Shown here: positions 13,310-26,869 of the stretch, piece by piece
Numbering within the stretch: the first letter of the stretch is position 1
Layout of the letters: each line of letters opens with the position of its first letter
Origin: Malacoraja senta
Taxonomy: Eukaryota
Assembly (NCBI GenBank): GCA_038087875.1
Contig: CM075989.1
Span: 15,936,001-16,000,000 of the forward strand
Length of the DNA stretch: 64,000 bases
Direction: 5' to 3'
Made by a program: the position numbers and the translations under genes
The notes under the pieces: generated by a model
Seen by the model: only the letters and a program-made list of their open reading frames with translations
Databases searched by the model: none
What the model was told of the DNA's origin: nothing

Positions 13310-14504
13310 CCACCATTCACTAAGATCACAGCTGATTTACCTCGGCACTAACCTCGTACACTAACCCCATACCCCTTGCCTTCATACCAAAAATATCCAC
13401 TGTTGTTGTGTTGGCTTTGCCATTTCATGCAGATGCAACTTGGGAGAAACATGCTCACGCTTACTCATCAGCACCAAGGTTTGTTCTGTTATAGCGCGTA
13501 AATCTGCAGGAAAACAAAAGATGAAGCTCATACAAGTTTCGGTTTCTTCTTTTATATATTTTGCTGAGTAAGATATTCATCTACTTTTCCATCCTATTCC
13601 TAAGCCAGCTTCAGACAGGATGCATAAAAACGAGACAGAGAGTAACGGGCCATTTCTGGCTTCTAAACAGCACACATTATAAAAACACAGACAGCATTAA
13701 GTGATTTTAATGCTGGACAGGTGTTAAGGCATTTCCAATGCTTGCATTCAGGCAAAGAGATTCGGTTACCACTCAGGCAAGAACACTGAAAATCCCAGCA
13801 CCCAGCATTTTCACTTAACACTTGTATGAGATAAAACAAATGTTGATCCTTTTACATCCCAAACACAGTGTCTAATTTTGTCAGATAGGGGTATGGACCT
13901 GTTAAGTAAAACTACTGATAACATCAATGCTGGCAACTCTCAGATGTACACTGGCACAGTAACAATTCCTATTGTCACATAATGGTTTACACTCAACAAA
14001 ACAGATTGTGTCTCTGGTCAATCTGGTCAATACATTAGTGCAAAAATCAACAACCCTTCTCCAACCAGTTGAGAATATTGTTATTCGGAATTCTCTTGAG
14101 TCCTGTTAAAGCTTTTCCACACAATGCTAAGGATAGAATCTATTTCTACTGTAGAAGTTTTCTATTGGCTCAAAAACCCCTAAATCCTCACACGAATACC
14201 TCAATAGTTTTTCAACTTCTGTAAATCTGTAAATAGAAGAATGTCATTTAATTTCAGAGGTCAGATTAGTTAACGGGCACACACTCCTGAACTGATGTTT
14301 CTTCTGCAGTGTCTGTGGCCCATTTTCTTGTGCACAAAAGAAAAGAATTGCCATGGCAATGCATCATTCCACAGACATACTAGTCATTTATTGTAAGGTA
14401 CTGCATTCAGTTACACTTTCCACCTAAACATGCAACAGTTAGACTTTAAAATATAGAATTATATTCAACCTAACAGTAACATTTTTATTCTTGAAGTGAA
14501 TACA

Positions 14505-14765
14505 TATGAGGGTGATCGTGTAGAGGCGTACAAAATCATGAGAGGAATAGATTTGGGTAAATGCACAGTTGCCCAGAGTAGGGGAATTGAGAACTAGAGG
14601 ACATAGGTTTAAGGTGAGGGGGAAAAGATTTAATGGGGACCTGAGGGGTAACTTTTTTTACACAAAGGGTGGTGGGTGCATGGAACAAGCTGCCGGAGGA
14701 GATAGTTGAGGCAGGTACAATCGCAATGTTTAAGAAACATTTAGACAGGTACATGGATAGGGTAA
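14505..14765 (+). mobile_element. CR1-clade LINE fragment
   Basis: Closely matches 12397-12650. Confidence 0.85.
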
Positions 14766-15845
14766 CCTTGTAATCTTAAGGCTTTGTGATCTTTCTGGAA
14801 ACTTATCTTTCGGAAGTAAAGTTAGTCTGATATAGAGAAAACTGTGGACAAAGATCAACCAAACTAGGGCTCAGAGGCAAAGGTCTCCACTGAGAATCAT
14901 CCTAGGCATTGTGCAGTGCTCCACGTTCTCCCACCTTTGTGGAGCACAGGGACTGAGATGGGAAAGGATTGCACCATGAGGAGAGGTTTACTCAGAAAGA
15001 GGATCCCTTGGGGAGATAATGTGGGATGCAGGGGTGGGTCAGAGAGAGAATCACAGGAGTGAGAAGGAGTCAGGTTTAGGCAGATGAAATACACATAGAT
15101 TCCTTTATACCTCTCCTTGCCCTTCACCGCCATTCCCGCAAGTGAACAGGCTCACTATTCCTGCTTGAGCAGCAGTCAGCAGATCCAAACTAACAGGTTT
15201 TGACTTCCACACCCACACGCCATCAAAACCTGCCAGCGCTTACAGGGAATAACGATCAACAATTCATCATGGAGCCGACAGCATTTCCGAGCAACGTCTG
15301 GGCCAATGCTTTGTTTGTTCCTCATCATGCATCTTTAGTGTATTGACGATTCCAAGTCTTAGTCCTGGCAGAATATCACAGAACTGGGTTTATTTTAACA
15401 GAGTTTAAAATAACGACAGAGCTTGAAAATGTGCACATAACCAGAAACATTTGCTACCATCATCTGTCAGAAGTGTGGAGAAGGTTATCCATCTTGGCCT
15501 CCTCCTGGAGCTCTGCTGCCACAGAAGCCTGCCTGCAGCCAACTCCGATCACTCTGCAGGATGTTATGACATGACTGGGAGCATTAAACTGGAAACGCTT
15601 GGAAATATTTCCAGTTGGGGCACTGAGGATTAGCTGTGCCTCTAGCCAAATTGTTCCAGTGCAACTTAAACAATGACATCTTCCTAAACAATGGAAGATT
15701 ACCCAGCTATCTCCTTGAGTTTGAGTTTAGTTTATTGTCACAAGTACAGTACAGTGAAAAGCTTTTGTTGCGTGCTAAACCAGTCAGCAGAAAGACAACA
15801 CATGATTACAATCAAGCCATCCACAGTGTATACTGTAGATACATG

Positions 15846-16165
15846 ATAGATGCACAGAGTCTCTTGCCCAGAGTAGGTGAATCGAGGACCAGAGGACATA
15901 GGTTTAAGGTGAAGGGGAAAAGATTTAATAGGAATCTGAGAGGTAACTTTTGGTGGGTGGGTGTATGGAACAAGTTGCCAGAGGAGGTAGTTGAGGCAGG
16001 AACTATCCCAACATTTAAGAAACAGTTAGACTGGTACATGGATAGGACAGGTTTGGAGGGATATGGACCAAACACGGGCAGGTGGTACTACTGTAGCTGG
16101 GATATGTTGGCCGGTGTGGGCAAGATGGGCTGAAGGGCCTGTTCCCACATTGTATCACTCTATGA
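15846..16165 (+). mobile_element. CR1-clade LINE 3' fragment
   Basis: SRTRGHRFKVKG..VWNKLP; matches 12450-12775. Confidence 0.88.
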
Positions 16166-16286
16166 ATAATGTGAATAACTTTTAGTGCAAGATAAAGCCA
16201 GTAAAAAGCCAGGTGGGATGGTGATGATGAAATAGTGTTGTATTCCATGCACTAAAAGCAGGGCAAACCAAATCTGTCTAATTACC

Positions 16287-16782
16287 AGTGTGTAGGAAGG
16301 AACTACAAATGCTAGTTTATACCAAAGATAGATACAAAATGCTGGAGTAACTCAATGGATCAGGCAGCATCTCTGGACGAAAGGAATAGGTGACTCCTTC
16401 GGAGTCTGAAGAGGAGTTCCTACCCGAAACATTACCAATTCCTCGTCGCCAGAGATGCTGCCTGACCCGCTGAGTTACTCCAGTACTTTGTGTCTATCTT
16501 CAGTATAAATCAGCATCTGCAGTTCCTTTCTACACAATATGCTTAAGGAATCTGGCCCACTCCAAGTTGGAAGCCAGTGCTCCATTGCTTGGATTATTAA
16601 ATCTATGCTTTTGGATCCAAATGCCACAGGCAAAAATAATATGACAGAAGTGATTTTGGAACACATGCTGAAGGGAAGCCACCTTGAAGATGTGAAAAGC
16701 TGCAGACTTGTCCACCTAGTTGTTCTCACCTTGAAGTGGCCCATACCAGGGGTCCCCATGTTCCTCTAGTTTGTGTCGATCT
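16287..16782 (+). mobile_element. Fold-back Penelope-like insertion carrying a ~230-bp transduced tail
   Basis: Inverted plus direct pLTR, then about 230 bp highly similar to 39218-39449. 14-bp TSD TCTG(T/C)CTAATTACC at 16273-16286 and 16783-16796. Confidence 0.8.
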
Positions 16783-19134
16783 TCTGCCTAATTACCGCCC
16801 GTCCGCCCCCAATCAACCCACCCTCAGTTATCAGCCAAGGGCTGGAAGGTGTGGTCAACAAAGCTATTCATGTCTTTTATAACAATAACATGCTCACCAA
16901 CGCTTGCTTGGATTCCACAAGCATCATAGTTTCTGATTGCAATACAGCCCGTTCCAAACAGGGACAAGCATCTAAGTTCCAGTGGAAAGCTGGGAATGGC
17001 TGCCTTTGAGACCCTTGTGGAATTGTTGTCAACAAGAAATAGGGGGAATTTACCATTGACTGGAATAATCTCAGCCTCAGCCGCAGGTGGTCTTGGTCCC
17101 AGGCCCAAACCTCTCTAGCAACTCTCACAACTTCCCAGTGTGTGTATATTTGCTGATACCTGTTCATTGTTAGTTCTATTCACAACTCTTCATGCAAAGA
17201 AGCAATCTGTGTTTGTACGGATCAAAACTTAGCAAATACACTTGCCTGGTGTGAGGTGAAAGAAATTCTTTAATGGTGATATGCATGTGTTGGACAATGA
17301 CCATTTTCAGCAGCAGAGAGTCTAACCGTCATTCCATTGTCTGGACAACCTGCATTAACATTCTGGAGCTGACCGATTACATTTACCATTGAGTCTTTAT
17401 GTTGATATATGTCCCTAAATCTAAATGTTGTTTAATCAAGATATGTACAGTACGTGTTGGTCATTCAGACGATCATTATTGCATTGTTCGCATCTAAATG
17501 CAGTTCAAACAAATTCTTGATAATTTTGCTCAAAAATAACAACATTATTATTGTTCATTTTAAGTGTTTTATGCAATAACATGTTCACATAATGGCTGTA
17601 TTTACAGCAGTACACAACTCCCTCGGTTATGAATGACCTGATTTACAAAAACCAACTTACACAATTACACAAATGCTTCCAGACATTTTTAAAAGTACTT
17701 CTCAAACTAATAATAATAATAAAATGTTTCATTTTATTGATGAATTAGATACAGGCTATATATTCCATGTTTAATTATGTTACGGTGATTATTCAATGAA
17801 ATGAAATAATTATAGCAAGTGTATCTAAGTCATGGTTTCATGGTCAGTTTATTGTCACATGTACCAATTAACGTACGGTATAATTCCACAGTAACCCATA
17901 CCTAGAGCAATAAGACATGGGTTACTGTGGAAAATGGATGCTTCTGACTTAAGGAGAAACCAGCTTGTGTGCAGTTGGCAAGAATGGAACCCAGACATAA
18001 CCTGGAGTTACGTGTGCCTTGTTTCATATATTATAGACCCAACACAGCAGAATAACATAACAGTGGTAGCAATCTTTTAATTAAACTAGGGTTGAAATGT
18101 AGGATTTACAGTATGTCTGACCGATTCTACTTTGAGAAAACATACTGGCACATTAGTGACAATGTTAAGAGGTCTACACATGCAGAGCCATGTTCAATGA
18201 GTTTGAAGCTTTGCCGCCGGACATGGAGCATATGACAACTTCATGAATATCAGCAACATGGAGTTGAGATCCTGATTGCTGCCAGGATGTCCCAAGGAAC
18301 CAGATTGGAGATGGTTTCCTCACCTAACCAGGATGTGAGTGGAACTGGGTATCTTACAAGGCTCACTGATATCAGTGAATCAATGATAGATAAAAATGCT
18401 GGTGAAACTCAACGGGTGAGGCAGCATCTATGGAGCGATGGAATAGGTGACGTTTCGGGTCTGTTTCCACGCAGGATTGCGTACATCCTGAGGCATTGCT
18501 TACAGCAGCATGGTGATATGCACCCCTATACAGAGAGGAAGATAAATCGTGCTACCCACACTAAAAGGGTGCTGTTCCCATGACATGGGACTTATTTCAC
18601 ACCTTGAAGCCTCTAGTAAGCGTCAGCTATCTCAGACTTCCAAGCTCAGAGGTTACCCCCAAAAGCAGTACCAGGTGAGGTGCCCTTGGATCCATCCTGC
18701 ACTGGCACCAAGACTACATTGGCTACAAGAACCACACACATTTGTCTCAGCAGTTTTCCCCACAGTTATGGTGGCATGAAAGTTGTTGTGAGCACAGACA
18801 TTATTCTTGGCAAGATTTGGAAGATTCTCTCAACATTTGCCGAATGGGGTGTATTCGTCGCTGTCTGAAGATGCGAGTGTGCAGCTATGGAGGGGTAGTC
18901 ATTTCATTATCAGTCTGATTTTTCCTGATCCGTTTCTTGCTCATCTATTTATTTTCCAACAGAGGGTTTGCCAAGGGAATATCCAATGGTGCAACAGCAA
19001 GAATTGATTATGAAATGGCACCAGACTTGAAGAGAACCTAAATATGCCTCAACTAAAAAAATCTAACTTGTAGAATTTAATTAGTTTAGGACTAAGGATT
19101 AGGTTAACATTGTGATGAATGTTTCATCACATCG

Positions 19135-19552
19135 GGCCCTTTACTCGCTGGAGTTTAGAAGGATGTGAGGGGAACTCATTGAAACTTAAAGAATAGTGAA
19201 AGGCTGGATAGAGTGGATGTGGAGAGGATGTTTCCACTAGTCGGAGAGTCTTGGAGCAGAGGCCATAGCCTCAGAATAAAATGACATACCTTTAGAAAGG
19301 AGATAAAGAGGAATTTCTTTAGTCAGAGGGTAATGAATCTGTTGAATTCATTGTCACAGAAGGCTGTGGAGGCCACATCAATGGATATTTTTTAGGCAGA
19401 GATGAACAGATTCTTGATTGGTAAGGGTGTCAGCAGTTATGGGCAGAAGACAGGAGAATGGGGTTGAGAGAAAAGATAGATCAGCCATGATTGAATGGCG
19501 GAGTAGACTTGATGGGCCGAATGGGCTAAATCTGATCCTATATCTTATGGAC
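19135..19552 (+). mobile_element. CR1-clade LINE 3' fragment
   Basis: Degenerate GLYSLEFRR..RGHSLRI..FFSQRV and CR1 3'UTR. Confidence 0.85.
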
Positions 19553-21084
19553 ATGATTAACATCGCTGAAAGTGAAAAGCTCAAGGGAACCAAGAAGAAT
19601 GTATTTGATACTTTTCGAGAAGGTGACGTACTATTATTATTGAGGATAGTGGTACAATTCTTTCCGTTGGTTGCTTATATCCCGCCACCATTTGATATGA
19701 CAAGACAGCAGAGATTGCCTTGACCTGTTGCGGGATGATTTGGCTCCATCTAGAACATGTTGCTTTTGCATGTTAGCATGCTTAAGTTGCAGCTTCACCA
19801 GGTTACATCCGTTTCTTAGGCATGCTTCTGTCCTATGGCAGCGAACCTCAGCTGCTCAAATGGCTTAACGTTGATGGAGGAGTGAGAAAGAGATCAGACT
19901 ATGAGGTTGTGGACTATGAGGGGTCCCCTTATGTTTCATGAATGCCCATTTTGGACTACAGGATTCTGAGCTTAAACTATCTCAGCCCTGCTTCCTACAG
20001 TCATGGACAATGCCATTAAGAACACATGTGGTAGGAAGATTGGCAGTGGGTATCAGCCAAGAACTTTTCAGCAGACACCGAGGCTTGCTGGAACTGCGGT
20101 TGCGAACCACTCTAACTCGGCTTCCCATTGCCAAATTAACCTTTCTGCCCTCAGTCAGACTGAGGCCACACACAAACTGGAAATGTGTGTATCCTACAAC
20201 CTGACGGTACACACAATGAATTCTGCAATTTCAAGTAAAACCTTCTGACCCCCTCTCTCTTCTTCTCTCTCTCTCTCACTCCCCCCCGCCCCCCCCCCGT
20301 CACTGTTCCAATTTGTCTAGGTTGGGCAGGCGGGAAGGTTCTCCCTGCAGGCAGACAGGACACCCACTGAAAGGGGAAGGGGGCTCTGGCCGAGGTGAGG
20401 TGGGTCACCCTGTATCCTCTGTCTTTGCTCCTTTTGCCACCACCATCTCCCCCTTCCTGCTGCTCTTCCCTTCACTAGCGCTGCCTCCTCTCCCGTTGCC
20501 AAGCTAACCTTTCTGTCATCAGTCAGACTGAGGCCACACACAAACTGGAAACGTGTGTATCCTACAACGCAACCTGAACTGCTGACGAGGCCACCCAGCC
20601 CTAGAGGAGGCCGCACTTCGTGAGGCAGGACTGCTCTGTCCAATATAGGTCATCACCCTATCTCCTCCTATTGGCCCTGTACCTCAGTTTCAGAGAATGA
20701 CAATGGCCTCCAATTCTGTTCTGTGCAAAACATTGGCTCCTCACCCCCATGGTAGAAGCTTCTTCAGTTTCAATGCAATGTAATCTAACCCATCTCACTC
20801 CCCACACATTCCTCAATATCCCACCCAATCTAATCCCAGTTTTCATCCTCCCTCCGAACGATTGGAGAGTTTTGCAGGTAGTTCCTCCACCTTACTACCA
20901 ATCCCAGTTTCCCCTTTCCCGCCACTGTAGCTGAAACTCACTCCCCTCAATGCCCCCTCCGGGATCCCACTCTTTGTTGCAGCCAATTCTGGAGGGCTGG
21001 GGAGCTGTGGGACTGTCATAGAACATTGGACAGAACAAGAACCCACGATGATTACATGCGAGATCAATACAATGAATGGTACGT

Positions 21085-21147
21085 AGACAAAAGTGCTGGA
21101 GAAACTCAGCGGGTGCAGCAGCATCTATGGAGCGAAGGAAATAGGCA
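21085..21147 (-). mobile_element. Very short Penelope-like pLTR fragment
   Basis: 16-bp TSD ACAATGAATGGTACGT at 21069-21084 and 21148-21163. Confidence 0.75.
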
Positions 21148-21169
21148 ACAATGAATGGTACGTTGGGAC

Positions 21170-21812
21170 TTTCAGAGCAAAAGGATTTGAGTATAGGAGC
21201 AGGGAGGTTCTACTGCAGTTGTACAGGGTCTTGGTGAGACCACACCTGGAGTATTGCGTACAGTTTTGGTCTCCAAATCTGAGGAAGGACATTATTGCCA
21301 TAGAGGGAGTGCAGAGAAGGTTCGCCAGACTGATTCCTGGGATGTCATGACTGTCTTATGAAGAAAGACTGGATAGACTTGGTTTATACTCTCTAGAATT
21401 TAGGAGATTGAGAGGGGATCTTATAGAAACTTACAAAATTCTTAAGGGGTTGGACAGCCTAGATGCAGGAAGATTGCTCCCGATGTTGGGGAAGTCCAGG
21501 ACAAGGGGTCACAGCTTAAGGATAAGGGGGAAATCCTTTAAAACCGAGATGAGAAGAACTTTTTTCACACAGAGAGTGGTGAATCTCTGGAACTCTCTGC
21601 CACAGAGGGTAGTCGAGGCCAGTTCATTGGCTATATTTAAGAGGGAGCTAGATGTGGCCCTTGTGGCTAAAGGGATCAGAGGGTATGGAGAGAAGGCAGG
21701 TACGGGATACTGAGTTGGATGATCAGCCATGATCATATTGAATGGCGGTGCAGGCTCGAAGGGCCGAATGGCCTACTCCTGCACCTAATTTCTATGTTTC
21801 TATGTTTCTATG
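21170..21812 (+). mobile_element. CR1-clade LINE 3' fragment
   Basis: [19 protein letters not shown] and RGDLIETYKI; same subfamily as 9255-10560; (TTTCTATG)n tail. Confidence 0.93.
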
Positions 21813-21921
21813 ACTGTCCCGATTGAAATACCCATGTAGATACAGACCAAACCATGGCATGTCCTGTAGAAGTGTGACCCCGCCAACCACACAGCGCCAG
21901 GCTGCAGCCGGAACAAGTAAC

Positions 21922-22235
21922 CCAGTCTGAAGAAGAGTCTCGACCCGAAACGCCACCTATTCCTTTTCTCCAGAGATGCTGTGTGACCCGCTGAGTTACT
22001 CCAGCTTTTTTTGGGGTCTATCTTCACTATAAGGACTCAGCTTTGAATGGATGCAGACCATAGATAAATAGACGTGTAGGAAGGAACTGCAGATAATGGT
22101 TTACACCGAAGATAGACACATAATACTGGAGTAACTCAGCGGGTCAGTCAGCATCTCTGGAGAGAAGGAATAGGTGGCGTTTCGGGGCGAGACCCTTCTT
22201 CAGACTGAGGGTCAGGGGAAAGGGGAAACTAGATG
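21922..22235. mobile_element. Two opposed Penelope-like pLTR copies
   Basis: A + copy (about 21922-22025) and a - copy (about 22073-22235), each with a degenerate hammerhead core. Confidence 0.7.
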
Positions 22236-22619
22236 TATTTAGTCTCTAAATAAATAGGTGTTCCTTCCTGTAGAAGGCATTATTTGTTTTCTGACAGTGA
22301 ATGAAGAAGAGTTCAGCATGATTACAAATCCCACCCGGCCACCCCCCGGCCCTGGTTTCCATGGGAGCAACTGTCTGAGTGTGGAGAGTCCACGTTCACA
22401 TCAGCCGCCAACTTTCCAAAGGCTCCAAGCCATCCATGTTACATTGGAATGGGATTGCACGCCTGGTCTCTCTGCTGTGTCACGTTTTTTTTACACACAG
22501 TCTGAAACATTATATAAAATTATTATTATTATTATTTGGAATGAAACTTGGTAAATGTCCCACAGACATTTACCTACTTTCTAAAGGTGGTCAGTGGGAG
22601 TCTTCCCCTCACCTAGACT

Positions 22620-23495
22620 TTCCTCGCAGTGGCTCCTTCTGACGAGGGCGGGCGATGGGTTTGCACAGAGATATATCTACCTCACGGTTCACCCCCTTAT
22701 ACAGCGCCGGGACCACAGTCTATGACAAGCAGCGAGCGGGGCGACCTGAGCTACTTTGGAGACAGATTAAAAATCAGCTGGTTGCAATGTAACGATGAAA
22801 TCCGTGGCTTCCAACCAGCCAGCTGAATAATTTTGCCAGCCAACCACACCAGCTGCTGCAGTTGTGATCAAAACTTACTTTTAATAAAGTCGCCGTTTGT
22901 TTTGTGCCGACGATAACTGCCTTCCACAACGCCCCAATACGATTGCTTTCCCCACTCGCCAGAACTTCTTTCCCCATTCAAATCCCCCCCAAATAAATAT
23001 AGTGTCTTTGAAACATGTTCTCAACCTAGCGAGGTACATACTCTGAAAACTGTGCTGAATCTCTATTCTACCACTGGGACTCTGATTAACCTGGCGGGCT
23101 GGTTCATAATGGTTGCACTGTGTGCTTTGCTAATCATTAACAGGGAGAGCTCGGATTTCGGGAATCGTGCAACCGTTTCTTTCCCTCCAATGTCACGAAG
23201 TTTCTGAGTTATTGGGGAACGGGTTAGACGTGTTTTTTTTTGTGGAAATGCGGGGAGGAAAAGATCGAAGCGGGAGGGCGAGGATAGCGGCCAAGCTGAG
23301 AGCGGGCCGAATGGTCCCCGCGTTGACAATGTTGATCTGATCGCCATTCGCGGCGGGGCACCGTTATCAGTCGGCGGACAGACAGACAGACAGACCTGCA
23401 CAGTCCGCAGTGACGAAGTTCAGAGCCTTGTGTTGAGAAACCAAACAGATCGCGGCTCCAGCACGGGGCTAGAAACACCAACTCGCCCACAAGCC
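22620..23495 (+). promoter_or_regulatory. CpG-enriched putative promoter / 5'UTR region of aqp9
   Basis: Non-repetitive, CpG-rich stretch directly upstream of the ATG, with GC-box-like GGGCGG near 22646. Transcription start not determinable from sequence. Confidence 0.55.
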
Positions 23496-23600
23496 ATGGA
23501 ACCTCTGGTCCAGAGGAAGACTTTGGTGGATAAATGCAAACTGAAGAACAGCTGGATAAAAGAAGGGCTCGCCGAATTTCTGGGGACATTTATTCTAATT
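23496..23600 (+). CDS. aqp9: Aquaglyceroporin (AQP9-like) coding exon 1
   Basis: Strong Kozak context GCCATGG. Encodes MEPLVQRKTLVDKCKLKNSWIKEGLAEFLGTFILI, including the MIP TM1 motif AEFLGTF. GTGAGT donor at 23601, phase 0. Confidence 0.92.
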
Positions 23601-24699
23601 GTGAGTTTTTGTTTTACACAACTTTATTGTCACAATCCAGGAGATTTAACTCCAAATTAATTGTAAGAATTACTAACATCAGCAATCAAACCCCAATTGT
23701 TCCCAAACGTTTTGTCCGAGTGTACACCCGTTAGTGTGAGAATAGCTCAGATAATCGAGTGAATCCCTTCCCCAACACTAGTGCGAATGGCCATAATTGC
23801 GAGTATTGGCGAGGATGCGTTTCCATGTAATGTCAGAAGTAACTGCATCCGTTATCCGTTACCTCTCGACCTGGATTCCTTGTCCTGGTCCATTCCAGTA
23901 TCTGTGGAGTGAATTGAGATGCGATGGTTCGAGACGGGACCCTTCTGTAGAAACACCCTCTGCCCATCTCCCTCCACGGATGTTGCCTGACCCGCTGAGT
24001 TCCTCCAGCACTTTGTGTTTTGCTCAAGATTCCTGCATCTGCGTTCCGGGCTGTTTAAAGACAAACAGACCATGTGTCCGTTTGTCTTTACATGGTCACA
24101 CGGGCCCTATTCACTGCCAAATGCCGATGAACTTAAAATTGAAATGTCAAATTACGGCTTTTGGGGGGGGGGGAGAATCGAAATGACAAAAGCAAAACAA
24201 AGGCAATCTGCAAACAAACTCTGTAAAGGTCACATCGTGTACCCCGTTCTGTCCAGATGCTATAAAATGAATCTCATTCATTCCATGTTATTCCCGAGTA
24301 AATTCATAGTAGTAATTATCCGTGGTAAAACTTCCCATGCGTTGGATCAACGGTACATTGATAGATTGTGAAATAAACTTTAAATGTATTGTAATCTGTC
24401 ACAAGTAATCAGAGATAGGGGACAACTTTCAGCATGGTTCAGTTGGAGAGATAGTTCTTCCTTATGTCTCTCATCTCCCCTGGACGTCCTGGCCACCTCA
24501 GAGCTTCAGAAGTACTCCTGAACGGTAGGGGAGTATTACTTACAGCTTAGTTAGATATCATTGGGCCCATTCCCCCAATGCTCGCTCTTTGAAAGAGCTA
24601 AAAAACGCACAAAGTGCTGGAGTAACTAACGGGTCTGGCAGCATCTCTGGAGAACATGATTTTGGGTGGCAACCCTTCTGAAAGAGTTAAATCCTCACG

Positions 24700-24912
24700 T
24701 TCATAAGTTCATAAGTCATCGGAGCAGAATTAGGCCACTCGGCCCATCGAGTCTACTCCGCCATTCAATCATGGCTGATCCATCTCTCCCTCCCAACCCT
24801 ATTCTCTTGCCTTCTCCCTTGACACCCTTACTAATCAAGAATCTGTCAATCTCCGCCTTATAAATACCCAATGACTTGGCCTCCACAGCCGTCTGTGGCA
24901 ATGAATCCCAAC
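24700..24912 (-). mobile_element. CR1-clade LINE 3' fragment
   Basis: CR1 3'UTR with (CATAAGTT)n tail. Confidence 0.8.
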
Positions 24913-25770
24913 AATCCCTGTTTCCACTTTTCAACAATAATCAACATGTTTAAAAGTTGCCTTTGAACCATCTTCACATGGCCTTGAATAAAACAAATGT
25001 TCATCTCCTCACTGCTTCATTTGTAGCCACATTTGGGGTCAGCAAGTTCCCACCAACAGGCTGGTGCAGAACATCCAATGGTGGGAAGGTCCCTGGAATG
25101 CATTGGTACACGTACATCGGCCCATCGGTACACGTTTGGTCAAAACTCCAATTACCCCTGAAGTTTCTGGTAAACCTGCTCTAGTTATAGCCACAGAAAG
25201 CCAGAAGTCCCAACAGATTGCCAGTGGAGAGGTATATGAATATGACAGGTTTGGAGGGATATGAACCAACAATAGGCAGGTGAGACTAGTGTAGCTGTGA
25301 CATGTTGGCCGGTGTGGGCAAGTTGGGCCGAAGGGCCTGTTTCCACACTGTATCACTCAATGACTCTATGAGAGCTGGTAGTGATGATTGTTGGGATAGA
25401 AAGTTACCAACATGCAGGAGCACTGCAACAATCCTTCGGGATAAACACTTGGATTATCCTATTAACCACTGCATTTCCACAATGCAGCACTCCCTTCAGT
25501 AACTAACAAGCTTAAACTATACAAGATTGAAACATATCCTGAGATCGGCATTATACCTAAGTAGGGTCTTTATTTCTTGCACAGTTGAGATGTGAACTCA
25601 TTGACTAGAAGTGTGCTTATTCCGGCATTAAAATTTGTAGCAAAGGCATATTCACATTAACATGTCCCGGTGATTATTGTTAAGCATTTCAAATTAAAGA
25701 CGTGATGTTGAATGTGTTATATGTCTTTTGAAAGAACTGTGAATATTGTTGAATTGTTTGTATTTTGCAG

Positions 25771-25897
25771 CTGTTTGGTTGTGGTTCTATTGCCCAGTCA
25801 GTGCTGAGCAGAGGAGCGAGTGGCAATATGTTGACATCTTCTATTGGCTTTCCATTTGGAGTTACCATCGGTGTTTATGCGACAATAGGGGTGTCAG
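25771..25897 (+). CDS. aqp9: Aquaglyceroporin (AQP9-like) coding exon 2
   Basis: TTTTGCAG acceptor. 127 nt encoding LFGCGSIAQSVLSRGASGNMLTSSIGFPFGVTIGVYATIGVS(G). GTACGT donor. In frame with exon 1; too short to appear in the ORF track. Confidence 0.93.
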
Positions 25898-26645
25898 GTA
25901 CGTGGAGATATGATTCTGAAAGTGGAAGATTTAAGAGATTTTAAATGTTGAACCAGAAAGTGAGTACCCGGTTTTAACTAACCCAAGTGTACTATTACAT
26001 TATGGCACTAATGCTTCTTTGACTGTTAACTTTAATAAAGGTAGCTGGGATATTTCTTCACTATTTGGACCCAGCCTTCAACTGCAAGTAGATCCAGGAA
26101 ACATACTGTCCCTGGCCAGTCAACTCTTCATAGTTTTCAATTAATAAACAATGAGACTCAAACAATCTTTAATATTTTAATCATAAAATAAGATGTAAAT
26201 CTCGATTACCTCTTTGGAATCTTTAAGTAATTCCAAATTGAATCTGCATTTGTAATATTAATTTTTAAACGTTTTATGCAATTTGAATGAAAAGTTTTAA
26301 AAAATTACAGATGTTCAAAGTCCAAAATCAGAACAGAAAATGCAGGAAACAATTGAAAGTAGAGGCAGCGTCTGTTTCAGGTCAAAAATCTGATGAAGCA
26401 ATTTTTAATTCATTTTCTGATCTAAGTGCCATTTTCATCATCATAGTTGCCCATGTGCTGCTCTGAAGAGTACTCTTATACTTTTTCTTGTGAGAGTTTG
26501 TTAAGTTGCAGTTATCAGGAGAGCGACACTATATTGTACTCTCTGCAAGACAACTTGTACCTCTGTACACTTGGTGTGTAATATTCGCTTCAAAGCAAAA
26601 TGCAGCACGATAGTTTAATATTCATTCCATTCTCAACATATTCTA

Positions 26646-26869
26646 ACTTAAGAAAGACACAAAAAGCTGGAGTAACTCAGCGGGACAGGCAGCATCTCTG
26701 GAGAGAAGGAATGGATGGCGTTTCGGGTTGCGACCCTTCTTCAGAAGAAGAGTCTCGACCCGAGACATCACCCATTCCTTCTCTCCAGAGATGCTGCCTG
26801 TCCCGCTAAGTCAGTCTAGCTTTTTGTGTCTATCTTTGGTTTAAACCAGCATCTGCAGTTCCTTCCTAC
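26646..26869. mobile_element. Fold-back Penelope-like pLTR mini-element
   Basis: Inverted arms; 10-bp TSD ACATATTCTA at 26636-26645 and 26870-26879. Confidence 0.78.

Noticed and set aside
16539..16769. 76-aa ORF duplicated at 39 kb as a small gene
   Set aside because: The 39-kb copy has an indel relative to it and there are no protein or splice features; better explained as transduced intron sequence.
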